Shown here in pieces: positions 1 to 36,319 of a DNA stretch of 64,000 bases (positions within the stretch are counted from its first letter, which is position 1; each line of letters begins with the position of its first letter). The stretch comes from Tubulanus polymorphus (taxonomy: Eukaryota > Animalia > Nemertea). Under the pieces are notes generated by a model, which was not told the origin of the DNA, did not search any database, and saw only the letters and a program-made list of their open reading frames with translations. Where the stretch lies: contig NC_134026.1 in NCBI RefSeq assembly GCF_964204645.1, positions 23,346,150 through 23,410,149 on the forward strand. The letters are read 5' to 3'. Both the position numbers and the translations under genes were made by a program.

Positions 1-1831
1 ACATTGCCTGCATTAAGGAGACATAATTGATAAAACAATTCCATGTTTCAGTAATGGCCTGGCATAATGTAGATTCAGCAGTAGATAATATTTACACTTG
101 AATGATAAAATAATTTTCATGTCTGCTTTTTTAAACAATAAAATCATCTTCGAAGAACTGCATATCGTTGGTTGAATTAGTGGACATATTCAGAAATTGC
201 ACCATTGCATCAGGAAAAACTCCTAAATTGTTTGTATCAAGGTGACAAATTAGAGAAGTGTATTCACAGATTCCAAATTTCAGTTCTATCAGTGTCCCTG
301 AAGAGATTTTCATAAATTCAAATCTAAATGCATAGACTACATAACTCAACAACTTGCTTAATAAACTGCGACAAAAATCAGCAAAAGCGTCATCCACACA
401 AACATTTTGCATATATATATCAAAATCACAAAAATTTCTTTCCCTTCCACTTGTTTACCAGGGATACCCTGCACAACACCATTGCATATCCGTACATTGA
501 GCAGTGAATCCCTGGAAAATGCAGTCATTCTTCAACATTTCTATCCACCTACAACAAAGTTTTCATCCAATAACAAAACATTTCATTGATATTACGTACA
601 TCTATTTCTAATTTCCACAAGCTACTGTCCAAACATTATATTCAAATAATATATTAGATCTATGTACATATATTCACATAATATATGTTATATGATTGGA
701 CTAAACAGTTACTTTGTATTTACATTATCCTATGAAAAAAATTATGCAAAAATAAATCCCCTCGGAGGGTTTATCAGTCACTGGGACCAGTAAATTACAA
801 TAATTAAACTTTCTGTTTATCTCGATATCAAACTAACTTGAATGATTGATGCTTCATCATTTCAGCCAACCAAGACAGTTATAAGTATTGATGCTAAAAA
901 TATGATGATGCATGAAGAATATAAGCATGTACAAAATGTATCCCTGAGAGTAAATGATAAAACGATGGCTTAGCAACAAATATGTTTTTGCTTGTAAAAA
1001 TAGAGAAACCTGGCCACAATCTAATCATTCTCAACTCGGCTCTCAGTGCGCATTTTAATGGCTGCTTCATTAGCAATTTCAGAGCCAGAAATGGAAAACA
1101 GGTACAAAAATTCAGCATTAATGGAAGAACTACACAATAAGTATGTACATAGTACTGGTAGGCTTACATTTATGTGCGCTAGTTGACATAATTAAACGAT
1201 ACTGATATTTCAGTGACCATAAAGCAGTTAATATTCCCAAATTTAATGGCAACTTCTCTGCTGCTAGTAAACTTCACTTAAGTATTGCAAAAGTCTCTCT
1301 TGTAACCAAGTATAAGGCTAACACCCTAAATGCACTTGAACATCTTGAAAAATTTACGTAATTACATAAATGCATCATCCTTTTGACTGAATTCCAATCC
1401 ACTGACCTGAATACCTACCTGGTAATTAATCATACAATCAAAATCTGAATTGGAATAACCAGTGACACATTGAATACAAATAAAACATATTCTGAAGATT
1501 TATAATTCTGGTAGTTGAATATTGGGAAATTTTTACCAAGCTGTTTAATATGTATACACATATGAATTTTCCCATACTACAAATATGTCAAGCTCATTGA
1601 CATCAAGCACTTAAGGTGTTTTAAAATGTACAATGATGATAGTGTTTGTTGCTTGTCTCTGCATTGTATCCATGTTTCATAGTCTATCTACATCTCTGGT
1701 CACACAACACTTTCTGGATCATATTTGTCACAAGCTGCCAAAGGCATTGTCATACATTCACCTTAAAAAGATTTATGGAAGATTAGAAATGGTAAATCAT
1801 GCACAAATTACAAACAAAAATGTACATACTC

Positions 1832-22571
<20,740 letters not shown>

Positions 22572-23513
22572 TTTGCTACATTCTCAGAGAACGTTTTTTC
22601 AGCATATTATTACATTAGATAGAATGCTTAGTAGTGCCGCTAAACTGAAACAAGTCCGTCGCCGGTTCATGCTATCAACGTTATACTATACACACTCAAC
22701 ACAGGTCGGCAATCTTCAAAGGGCCATTAACACAGTCACGTGGAAACTACGCTCCTCCCATTGAGATAGTAAATCATTCAGTTTTTCACTACTACAGCGA
22801 CATCTTTCAGATTTTACATGAACTAAATTCGTTCTTTCACCACATTATCGAGTACATTACATCTCGCAAACAGACAATAGAAAACGAATGAATGACTACC
22901 AATCAAAAGAATTATGGACGAGAAAAATACAATAGTCAAAAATTGCTTTGATCTCTTTTATTTCCAATAAACGTTTCAAATATCAAAACGTCAGGTTTAG
23001 ACACCCTGCACGTAAATAAACTTGGAGAAAGGCGCTTCATGAAAAGGCCGATTTCACACTTAATTTGCTCTATCCATTAACTGATTAATGAAATATCTCA
23101 GCAAACGTGATTAGGCCCGCTTAACAAGTACATTCCTCTTCTGTACAACAACGTGTGTAAAAGATACAAAAATACTACAGCAAACTAATCAAAACATCAA
23201 AGACAGTTATTAATTACGTGGACGGATTAATCAGGATGGAATGCAATGCTCAGTATTTCAACTTTAAATGATAACAAACCGCTAACAGTTTTCGTAAAAC
23301 GCTTGAACAATTCTCAAATATCTTCAAACAATACTATCACAGCGCAAAATATGATGAATAGTGAATTTTTCATCAGCAGGTAAAAGAGACAGATCTTGCA
23401 AAACGCCTATGCTTACATCACTACACTACAGAATTTTGAATTAATGATCAGACCACAAGATGTATACTAATTCCTTTCTTTTAGTATGTGGTATAGATGA
23501 ATAAGAGAATATC

Positions 23514-27079
<3,566 letters not shown>

Positions 27080-27132
27080 TTCAGTGGATTATAACAACAG
27101 TCTCTCCACTAAATGGGTCTGGATATATAGCC

Positions 27133-27722
27133 TGGGCAAAAAAATCTAAAGAGAAATTAGAATTTAATAAGTAATCAAAATATTAATAAATTGTACATGA
27201 TTTCCAGCACTCAACTAGCTGTCATTCAATAAAATTAATTTGTTATGTGTTCTGTGTTGTCATCAAAAGTTTTAGCTTTTTTGATTTTATGTGTTTGTTA
27301 ACCATAGGCCTACCTCAACCGGGAGCTTTAGGCTTTAAAGTAAATAAAGTGAAACAAATGATGAAGGCTCATTTAAACTACTACGCCTACGGGTTGAAGG
27401 ATTCTAACGCCCTTTGATGAAAGATATATTTCGTGAATCCTAAAAATCTAAACAATTTTGGATTTTGGGTCCGCGCGACCTTGAAATGCAGCGGCTAGCT
27501 CCGAGATGGATGCGTCGACTTAGCTATTATTGTCGGAACCACCCCGTTCCACTCGACGGATGCCACTTCCTGCTCGTTCTGCTCGTTAAGATTGCGTATG
27601 ATTTTTTGGTCGCGAATTAAATCGTCACACGCGTGATATAACTACGGGAATTATTGATCGAACTTATCACGTCGTCTAGCCTAAGGCTTCCAGTTATTTG
27701 GAACAGCAACCTGCGTCATCTG
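27133..27722. promoter_or_regulatory. Probable bidirectional promoter region for CCDC157 and VMP1
   Basis: Divergent genes with start codons about 640 bp apart; CpG-rich segment about 27460-27720; ETS-like ACTTCC at 27565-27570. Confidence 0.6.
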
Positions 27723-30700
27723 ATGTCGAGAAATGAAAGCGCCGTAGACGACCGGCGGCAGCAGCAAAGGTCGACGACATGGAAAAGCCGCAAGTCTGAG
27801 GTGACCGTCGCCGATTTAAGACAGGAATTGAGGCGAAGGGACCTGTCAACTCGTGGTGTAAAAGACGAACTGGTAAGTAACGAACATGTCTAGTTTTTAA
27901 TTGATGTCCTACCTAGATATGTCGTTTAAATTCAGAGTTGATGTCCGTAGGCTTCTCAATCATTTAATTTAGGCATCATCGGCCTAAGCTTTTAGTGTTT
28001 TAGGCCCTAGCCTAAATTTGGTTGCTGGATCATACTCTACTGTTTATTCCATCATCACCTGTTAGTGTTAAAAAGCTGTGTTAAGTCAGGAAGGTTATGC
28101 ATAAATGGAATGACTCGCGACCAACCAGTACCCACCAACCAGTTACCGGTACTAATCGCCATTGTTGTAGTCAATGCGTTGCACATGTTACATATGTTTA
28201 GCAGAGCATTACTTTCCAGTAACGAAACTGATTTACACTAGGCCTACTGCTATCGTTCTCATTTTAGTTTCATTGTATTTATTGTTTAAAGCCTAACTTA
28301 TTTTATTAATTTCATTACTCACTTGCTTGTGGCTGACGTGTGGTGTTTAGATTAGGCCTATAGCAATCAATATGGTGGAATATGGAATTATCTGATGAAT
28401 TGTGTATTTAATTTGACTGAGTAGGCTATAAATTATGTAATTTATGGGGAATTATTGGAGATATGAATTTGAATGTCATGAAGGACTGTTTGAAATTAAA
28501 CGAATTATAGGGCCTACTAGAACATAGACATAGCGTTAGCATGTACAATGTTTATGCCTGTGTGAAGGTCTGATTCAATTTTGTTGAAAATTGAATTTGA
28601 ATGAGATCTTTTTATTTGAAAAGACTTCATAATGATTGGCAGGACTTGAGCAAAATTGTTTCTATTAGGCCTAGAATTTTAGAATTTATGGTAAAAGATA
28701 AATCTTACATTTCAGTACATTTGTTAAAAAAAGCCTCGTCAGTTGTGTAGGGGTAGGTGTTAATGGTACTTGGATATTTGCATGTATCAAATGATAAATG
28801 ACTGCTTTGTTTCCATTGGCTGCTGAAAAATATGCCATTAGATGTTAAACTTTCCAGCATATGAATTATATTGTTTATAACTAGGATTATTACAAAAATG
28901 GATTATCAATCATTGTATTAGGTCTATATCGTCAATGTGAAGGTGTTCTGGTTATTGGGTGGACTTTGAGCCCTGTCTAATGTAAGCATGTGATATATAA
29001 TGCGTATATGGCATTGTGTACTAATAAACGGTGAAATGATGGAGCTAACTTCTTTAGATATTCCAAACAGTGGATGTGAAACTGATCATAGTAGTAGTAA
29101 TCATGTTTATATTCAGGTTGGTTAGATAGTAATTGTGCTTATTGATAATTGCTGAAGGAATAGGCTGAATGTTGAGTAGTTTCTAATAGACAGTTACGTA
29201 CATGAGGGATATAAGAATTTTTGGCTGAATGTGATACTCGAAGCCTACATAACTTGCTCGGATATTCTGATGCTCTAATTTGAAGAAGAATCTTCCTTAC
29301 GCTTTCTTATGAAAGATAAACTGTGTGTTGCACCATGGACGTACTTACTATAACCATGGACGTATAAACTAGATACGTCCATGCTATAACTTAGTTCAAC
29401 TCATTATTGAACCTTGTAAAGTAAGAACCTTGGCTTCAGACTGCACTGGCAATACAAATCCAATGTCTGACAGACATAGCTTAGTGGGATCTATCAACCC
29501 ATTGAGCAGCAATGAGAACGAATGCACAGGTGGTTAATTCTTCAGTTTGTATGCATATAAAGTGCTGGCTGATTAGCCTGAAATGATCATAGGAGGCGCA
29601 AAAAACCTAAGTGAAACTTTCTTGCGCGTAGCACAGCCAGTATTTACATACACTGAGTACTTCTAGGCAACACATGTGTCTATTGTAGAATTCGAACGGT
29701 TATTCTGAAATTGATTTTTGTAGATCTCACGACTGGACGAATTTGAGAGTAACGGTAATAACGGTATGCGATCAGCGGACGGGCCATCAAAACGTCGTCC
29801 TCACACAGAGGGCTCAAACAGCAATTACAGCGAAAACAACGAAGACAAAAACACAAACGGAATGACAAACACCGACGATTATATGCACCACCACCTGCTG
29901 CATCAACGACGTCTTGCTGAGAAAGACGAACGTGAGAAAATCGTTTTATGGAAGAAACCGTTAGTGACGCTCCAATACTTCTTTTTAGAATTATTATTTA
30001 TTCTCAAAGAGTATAGTTTAAAGTAAGTTAAAAACTGTACATTGCAACATAATGCTGTTCGATAACATAACTTTTGTGGATAAGGATTTACAGCGATACT
30101 TTGTTAGTTTAGCATAGTACTAATGAAATTTCTGTATTTCAGATTATGGCATCACCGGTTTAAAGTAGCATTAATTCTAGTAACATTCCTTGTTTTATCG
30201 CTGATATACAGTAGTGATGGTCCGCACCAAAAGGTAGGCTTCAGTATTGAATACACAGAGTACATTTTGAATAATGATTACGGGTATTATGTGACTAGAG
30301 ATTTGATGTATTCGCTTCTAAACAGAAGAAACACCTGGCTCTTCCCCGATCAGATTTTTATTGAATCCTTTATACCAGTAGTATATAATGCTCACAGATG
30401 ACAATTTCATTGGAAAGCTACAACATTACTGAAAATTCATTCAACGCTAAGGTGCAAATATTTGAACACGTGCATTATAATTGTATCTGTAAACCCGCCT
30501 TGATCAATTTTCTATTGATCCTGTTACCTGGAAATTCTGTATGAATTCTCTCTACCTCTGTTTACACTGATAATGATAGGCTATGTATGTTTTTTTTTTT
30601 TCAGTATGTAGCTCAATTCCATAAGCAATTCTTATGGTGCACATACTGGGTTGGTCTAGGTATCCTGTCTTCAGTAGGATTAGGGACAGGCTTGCATACA

Positions 30701-32764
30701 TTCCTTCTTTATTTAGTAAGTGATATACATTTGTACAGTGTTGCCTGGGGATGAAATATTAGATCTTGAAAATTGTCAAAAGAAATCGTGATAAAAACCA
30801 ATTATCCAAATATCCAGGGAAATCTGGAGAGTGTTAGTTTTGAGAATGTTAATTGGACAATGTATATTTTCACTCTGAAAAATTAATTAATCTAAATAAA
30901 AGTTTGTTTGTTTTTATATAGGGGCCGCATATAGCAGCAGTAACGCTAGCAGCATTTGAATGTATGTCAGTAGATTTTCCATCTCCACCATATCCAGATG
31001 AGTAAGTATTATTCACCTTTGAAAATTAGTTAAACTTAATATTTTTTCTCTTCTAAATTCACCTTTATGTATTTCATAGCATCATCTGTCCTGAATCTGA
31101 AGGGACGACTATGTCTTTGTGGACCATCATGAGTAAAGTACGACTGGAGGCATTCATGTGGGTAAGTTGCGAAAATGGAATACACACTTGTAAAGATTCT
31201 TTGGGAACATTTAAGCACTGCATTATTCATTATATAACCTACCGGTATTATTATGTGTATGAATAGGGTGCTGGCACTGCTATTGGTGAGTTGCCTCCAT
31301 ACTTTATGGCTCGAGCAGCACGTCTGTCTGGACAGGATCCTGATGATGAAGATTACGAAGAGCTAGAAGAGCTGGTACAAGAGAAAAAAGTTCACCCGGA
31401 AGAATTGGTACGTCACATTAAATCTAGAAGTTTCTTTTGATTTTCTAAGAAATGTTCATGAATTTTCATTGATATCATCGATTGCAATTACCTCTTTTAG
31501 GAAACTGTAAGTGACATTTCTCAATTCAAAATTAGATTTGCTACACCCATGATATAGCATGAGGGTGATCATATACGAATTTCACCAGGAAGGGAAACGT
31601 GTACCTAATTGAAGATGTTGCTTGTTTGAATGTATCCTACAAATGTTATTTTATTAATCATTGGTTTAGGTCATGTTAGGTGGGTTGTAATGGGTTGCAG
31701 ATTATATATTCATTTATTGCATCTTATCGTGGAAACAATATCTGCCTCAATGTTGAAAATAGAAGCTTATACCTGAGTAGTGTTCATGCTTAATTTGCCT
31801 ACCGGTACATTGTCGAGTCTGCATTTGTTACCTCAATATGTGAGTAGACTGAAAATGTGTTAATTGCCTTTCTCTCATTTCAGAATTTCTTTGAGAAGGC
31901 AAAACTAGCTGTCCATAATTTGGTACAACGGGTAGGATTCTTCGGAATTTTGGCTTGTGCTTCAGTAAGTAATTCAGTATTATTTATCTATACTTAACTA
32001 GGTCGAGTTATAAACTATGATCGACAAGTTGCCTTTATCCTTCCTATTACAGATTCCAAACCCTTTGTTTGATCTGGCTGGCATTACATGTGGACACTTT
32101 TTAATTCCATTTTGGACATTCTTCGGTGCTACGCTGATCGGAAAGGCAGTAATCAAGATGCACATACAGGTACCATTCTCAAGGTTCTAATTGAAATTAT
32201 CAGTTACTCATTATAGTTAGATTATCACTCTGGGCTTTCTATTTTCAGAAATTATTTGTAATATTTGTATTCAGTGAACATCATGTACACCAAGTTATTG
32301 GGTTGCTGAGGTAAAGCCTAGATATTTGTTCATCAAATTTGTAATAAATCTATTCACTATCCACGTACAGTATTTACAAATCTTACACCTTGTATTTGTT
32401 TTCAGTTATATACCCAAATTCGGGAAATCGATGCAGGAACCTTTTAGAGAATACCTCGAAAAACAGAAGGCAAAGTTGCATCATAAGCCTGGCACCGCTG
32501 TGAAGGGTGTAAGTCTAGTTTACTCACTGGCTTGACTAAAACTTCTGTAGCAAACCAGATCATAGAAAGTACCAGAATTCTATGTATATTATTTTTTCTC
32601 TTTTTATTTAGGACCAGAGTTTGTTATCTCAGATCTTCGAGAAAGTGATAATTATCATGGTAGCTTATTTCATCTTATCGATCATAAATTCTCTGGCTCA
32701 AGCCTATCACAAACGTTTGTGCAAAGAAAGGCACCATCAGAAAACCGGGAAACTGGTGCAATAG
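27723..32764 (+). CDS. VMP1: Vacuole membrane protein 1 (DedA/VTT-family ER scramblase) with a predicted N-terminal SAP-motif exon; about 12 exons
   Basis: Exons include 27723-27872, 29724-30022 ([18 protein letters not shown]), 30143-30233, 30605-30715 ([23 protein letters not shown]), about 30922-31001 ([14 protein letters not shown]...FPSPPYPD), 31267-31407 ([22 protein letters not shown]), 32053-32169 ([39 protein letters not shown]), 32612-32764 ([15 protein letters not shown]...*). Confidence in the core is higher than in the SAP exon join. Confidence 0.93.
29348..29390. mobile_element. 29-bp palindromic micro-element with a 7-bp target-site duplication
   Basis: ctataac | catggacgtat aaactag atacgtccatg | ctataac; a partial extra copy of the arm (catggacgta) starts at 29334. 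Confidence 0.7.
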
Positions 32765-34068
32765 ATGACATATGTTTGTTAAGTTGGTGTATAGGAGACA
32801 TACATCAGAAAATATATCCAGTGCTCTGGAGTGAAGGCATAAACGCATGTATTTGTTGAAATGGACGACATTGTGAACAGTGATCTTTGAATAATTTTCT
32901 TAGATCTTTGTGCCATCCCTGTAAAACTCCTCCGATTGACTTTTGCATGGAATTTTTTTCGGGCAAGGATAATTCCCATATGAATTATTCATCAAGTAAC
33001 ACTTGTATAAAGTTTTCAATTACACAATTTTTAGGTTTGAATATCATATATATACTGTAACCTCTGGTCTTCACTGTATTTTTACAACCCCAAATATCTT
33101 TGTATTACATTGTGGCAGTCAATCTATATTCAAGAGATTTTGTATGGTTATTTTTGAAAAACATTCGTTTTTTCAAATGAAGTGCAGCCTATTAATTTCA
33201 TGCTATTCATGAAAGAAATATTGAACTGAATATTGTTAAAATTGAATACTGGTATCTAAAAGTAGATCTGAAGCCTACAATTTATAGAAACATGGTATAT
33301 TGCTCAACTATATCAAGCGTGCAAAATGTCTATGTGACGTCGATCTTTCAAATACATGTTACGTAATTTTTTGAGACCCTTATCTAGCATCCCCCAATTT
33401 GTCTTTTTTTTATAAACATTAGTGTCCTTTTCAGACAAACATTTGTTATACATGTATTCAGTTCATGTACGAAATCCTTTTTCATATCAAATACAGTAGT
33501 AGACTCGACTTCCTTGTTCAATATCAAGTTAAAGGCAAATCGTTTATAGTTACCATTGGAGTGTATTTTTGTCCTAGTGTGTGTATGATTTCAATTGTAT
33601 GCATACAATACTGTACACAATATATTATCAATCATTTGAAATTTTTGAAATGTATCATTAGAGATTATTATAACATGTGCTTGTTTTGATGACTTCTCTA
33701 TTTGAAATCAATTATATGTGTTCCTCTAAACTTTGATTATACACATCATGTATATCATATGCCATTCTCAACCACTATGTAATTTGGAATAAATGAACGT
33801 TCATGGTGAAAGGTAACAACTTTTCTTTGTTAGATTTCTTTCTCACTTTATCATAAAGTCGACGACTTGCTTTGATTATATGTAAGAACAAACTGGGATC
33901 TAGTTATAATTCTTCCATAAGAAAAGACATGACTCGGACTACTAAAATCAACTTGTTTTATTTTATCACAGACAGCGAAAATAGTGTGTTTGCTTTCAAT
34001 ATTAAAAAAGTAACTACAGTTGTATTATAATAAGATGCAGTTCCCGTTTTAAATTATGATGCAATGAA

Positions 34069-36158
34069 TTAGTCATGAGGGGTTGATTGTGGTTCCTCTA
34101 TTTGAGACATGATTTCATCAGTCTTTTCATCATTAGCAACCGTGTCCATTTTGACATTTTCTAGAGTCTTGTCAAAGGAATTTGTTTTATTTTGATCACT
34201 GTCATTGGTTTCAGTTTCTATCCAAACATCTTCTAAAGATTGCATCACTTGACATGAATCAATCTCCTGCTCTGTTTTATTTGAACTCTGTACTGAATTA
34301 CTGAGAGTCTGTTCATTAGGTTTGACCGGCAATGGTTTAACTGGTCTGTTTTTACATCCACGCCGTTTGCCGAGAACACGCACATAATTTCCTGGTATTA
34401 ATCCTTGCTGCTGGCCATCTACAGAACCCAACAGCCATCCTTTCATTCTTGGCTGCAATTCTGGAATTCAAAATATATAAACGTTTTGGGCTTGTTTCTC
34501 GTTATCAGAAACTAGGACATGTTTTTAGTCCAGCAATGATATGGCAATGTGACATGAATCATAATAGTGATCATAACATAGTTCAAAGTACAGAACTCGC
34601 TTAATTCGCATTTTTAAATCCGAATTTTCACTTGATTCGCATGAAATAATTGGTCCATTTAACCTGGAACAAATGTAAACTATTATTCATAATTCAGATT
34701 TTACTTAATTTCGAAAAAATCTGGGCAGTCCCTAGTCATCCCAATTAAGTGAGTTTTACTGTACAGCAATTCCAGGGTTCATAGTCCCCATGACCAGTCT
34801 CATTACCAGACTGAAATGACCGCTTAAAACTCGTTCACTGACTGTCATTCTTACCAGATTAGTGTAGTAGACCAAATGATATAATGTAGTCCTGTACAAT
34901 AGATTATATGTGACCAAAAATTTCAAAATGTATTGGTGTGGTAAGGCAGATGCCATTCTGATTAAAGGACCATAACTATGATTCAAGGATTCTAGAGACC
35001 ATTCCATGACATTCAAGGACTACTATGAACCCTGCATCTCCGAGACACATGAGGACAGTCACAACTGCATTTACATGAACTCACCTTTAGGAGCAACGAT
35101 TATCTCTTGTCCAGCTTTGAAACTGATTTCATCCTCATTCATAGCCTCAAAATCATAATCCGCCATCGCTACAAAATGATCCTCATTTCCACTCATCCAT
35201 TGTTCAGGTTCACCAGCTATAAATAAAGATATAAGAAAATTTTAAAGCGATCAATATCATCTAGAAGACTTGATGAAAAAAAATTCTTACATTTTTCATT
35301 AATAACTGATGATATCAACTTCCATATCAGGTATGGACCGCCAATAACAATCAAGAAGAAGACAAAAACCGGCCAGCTTGATCCATGCTTATTTCCAGCA
35401 CCAGCATTTCCCGCAATTCCTGAATTAAGAGCATCGACCCAAGCCTCTTCGCTTTCATTGACAGGATTTCGCAGCCGCAAAAACACCATTAACCTTCGTA
35501 TTATCTGCTTCAACGCGCGGATGATGTTATTCTTCCATACATCGGTTAGACTGTGTCTCAGATGTGAAAAATGATCAGCCAATCCCACAACAGCACGGAA
35601 TGAACTATGTACAGCAAAATATGTCGATTCCAACATCATAGTTATTGAACTAAACGTATTGACAATTCCTTCCAATGATTCAAACGCGGGTCGTGTACTA
35701 TTTTCGGCAAGCCGAGTGAATGTATTGATAGGGGCAGCAGCTCCATAGCCATACCCCATTCTACCCATGCCACTTCCATACATTCCAAAATTACCCATCG
35801 CATACGGGCTGTATGATCCATAGCCGCTTGAAGCTGCATTTAAATGTGCCTGGCGATTTGGAATTGGTGGAGGTAATCTTTCATTAGGATTTATCATTGG
35901 TGGAATAGTGGTAGCAGCTCTTCCTGCAGCAGTTATGCTGAAAAAAGAATGGCATAAAGATAAAATCTGGTTTTCCTTCATTCATTTCCGGGTTTGTGTT
36001 TTGTGGAAAATGAAATAAATCGTCCTTTAAGATTTAGAATTACGGTAATGATTAAGTAGAAACTTTCTATCTAGTTACCTATTAGGCAGCCCTCTCACTT
36101 GATAAGGTAGATTTCGATTCGCTTTTTGGGCGCAGCAGGGCTTTACAGGAGACGCCAT
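34069..36158 (-). CDS. PEX13: Peroxisomal membrane protein PEX13 (YG-rich N-terminus, Peroxin-13 domain, TM, SH3); 4 exons
   Basis: Exons about 36158-36079 (MASPVKP), 35937-35291 (PPPIPNR; YG-rich; AENSTRPAFESLEGIVNTFSSITMMLESTYFAVHSSFRAVVGLADHF; SSWPVFVFFLIVIGGPYLIWKL), 35217-35085 (SH3 start, MADYDFEAMNEDEISFKAGQ), 34461-34069 (QPRMKGWLLGSVDGQQQGLIPGNYVRVLG). Confidence 0.95.
34773..35034. mobile_element. MITE-like insertion in a PEX13 intron with 13-bp terminal inverted repeat CAGGGTTCATAGT
   Basis: cagggttcatagt at 34773 and actatgaaccctg ending at 35034; no convincing target-site duplication seen. Confidence 0.55.
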
Positions 36159-36319
36159 CGTCGCTAAAAAAAACGAAAAAGGGCCAAGAAGGAAGTTTGA
36201 CTCGACGACCTTGGAGAAATCGAGAATTCTGATTTGGATATTCTCGGAGCTACCCATTATTGGAGAAATCTGGATTTCAAATCCAAACTAATAACTTTAT
36301 TTGCAGCAGTTATCCGTTT
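36159..36319. promoter_or_regulatory. Compact bidirectional promoter for PEX13 and ACOX3
   Basis: Only about 160 bp between the divergent ATGs; ETS-like GGAAGT at 36191-36196. Confidence 0.7.

Noticed and set aside
131-1831. Short ORFs downstream of the ZNRF3 stop (131-412, 407-589, 894-1118, 1633-1842)
   Set aside because: No recognisable motifs or exon chain; consistent with AT-rich 3' UTR or intergenic DNA.
32765-34068. A microRNA downstream of VMP1, by analogy with vertebrate miR-21
   Set aside because: No miR-21-like sequence or convincing hairpin seen; the region fits convergent 3' UTRs of VMP1 and PEX13.
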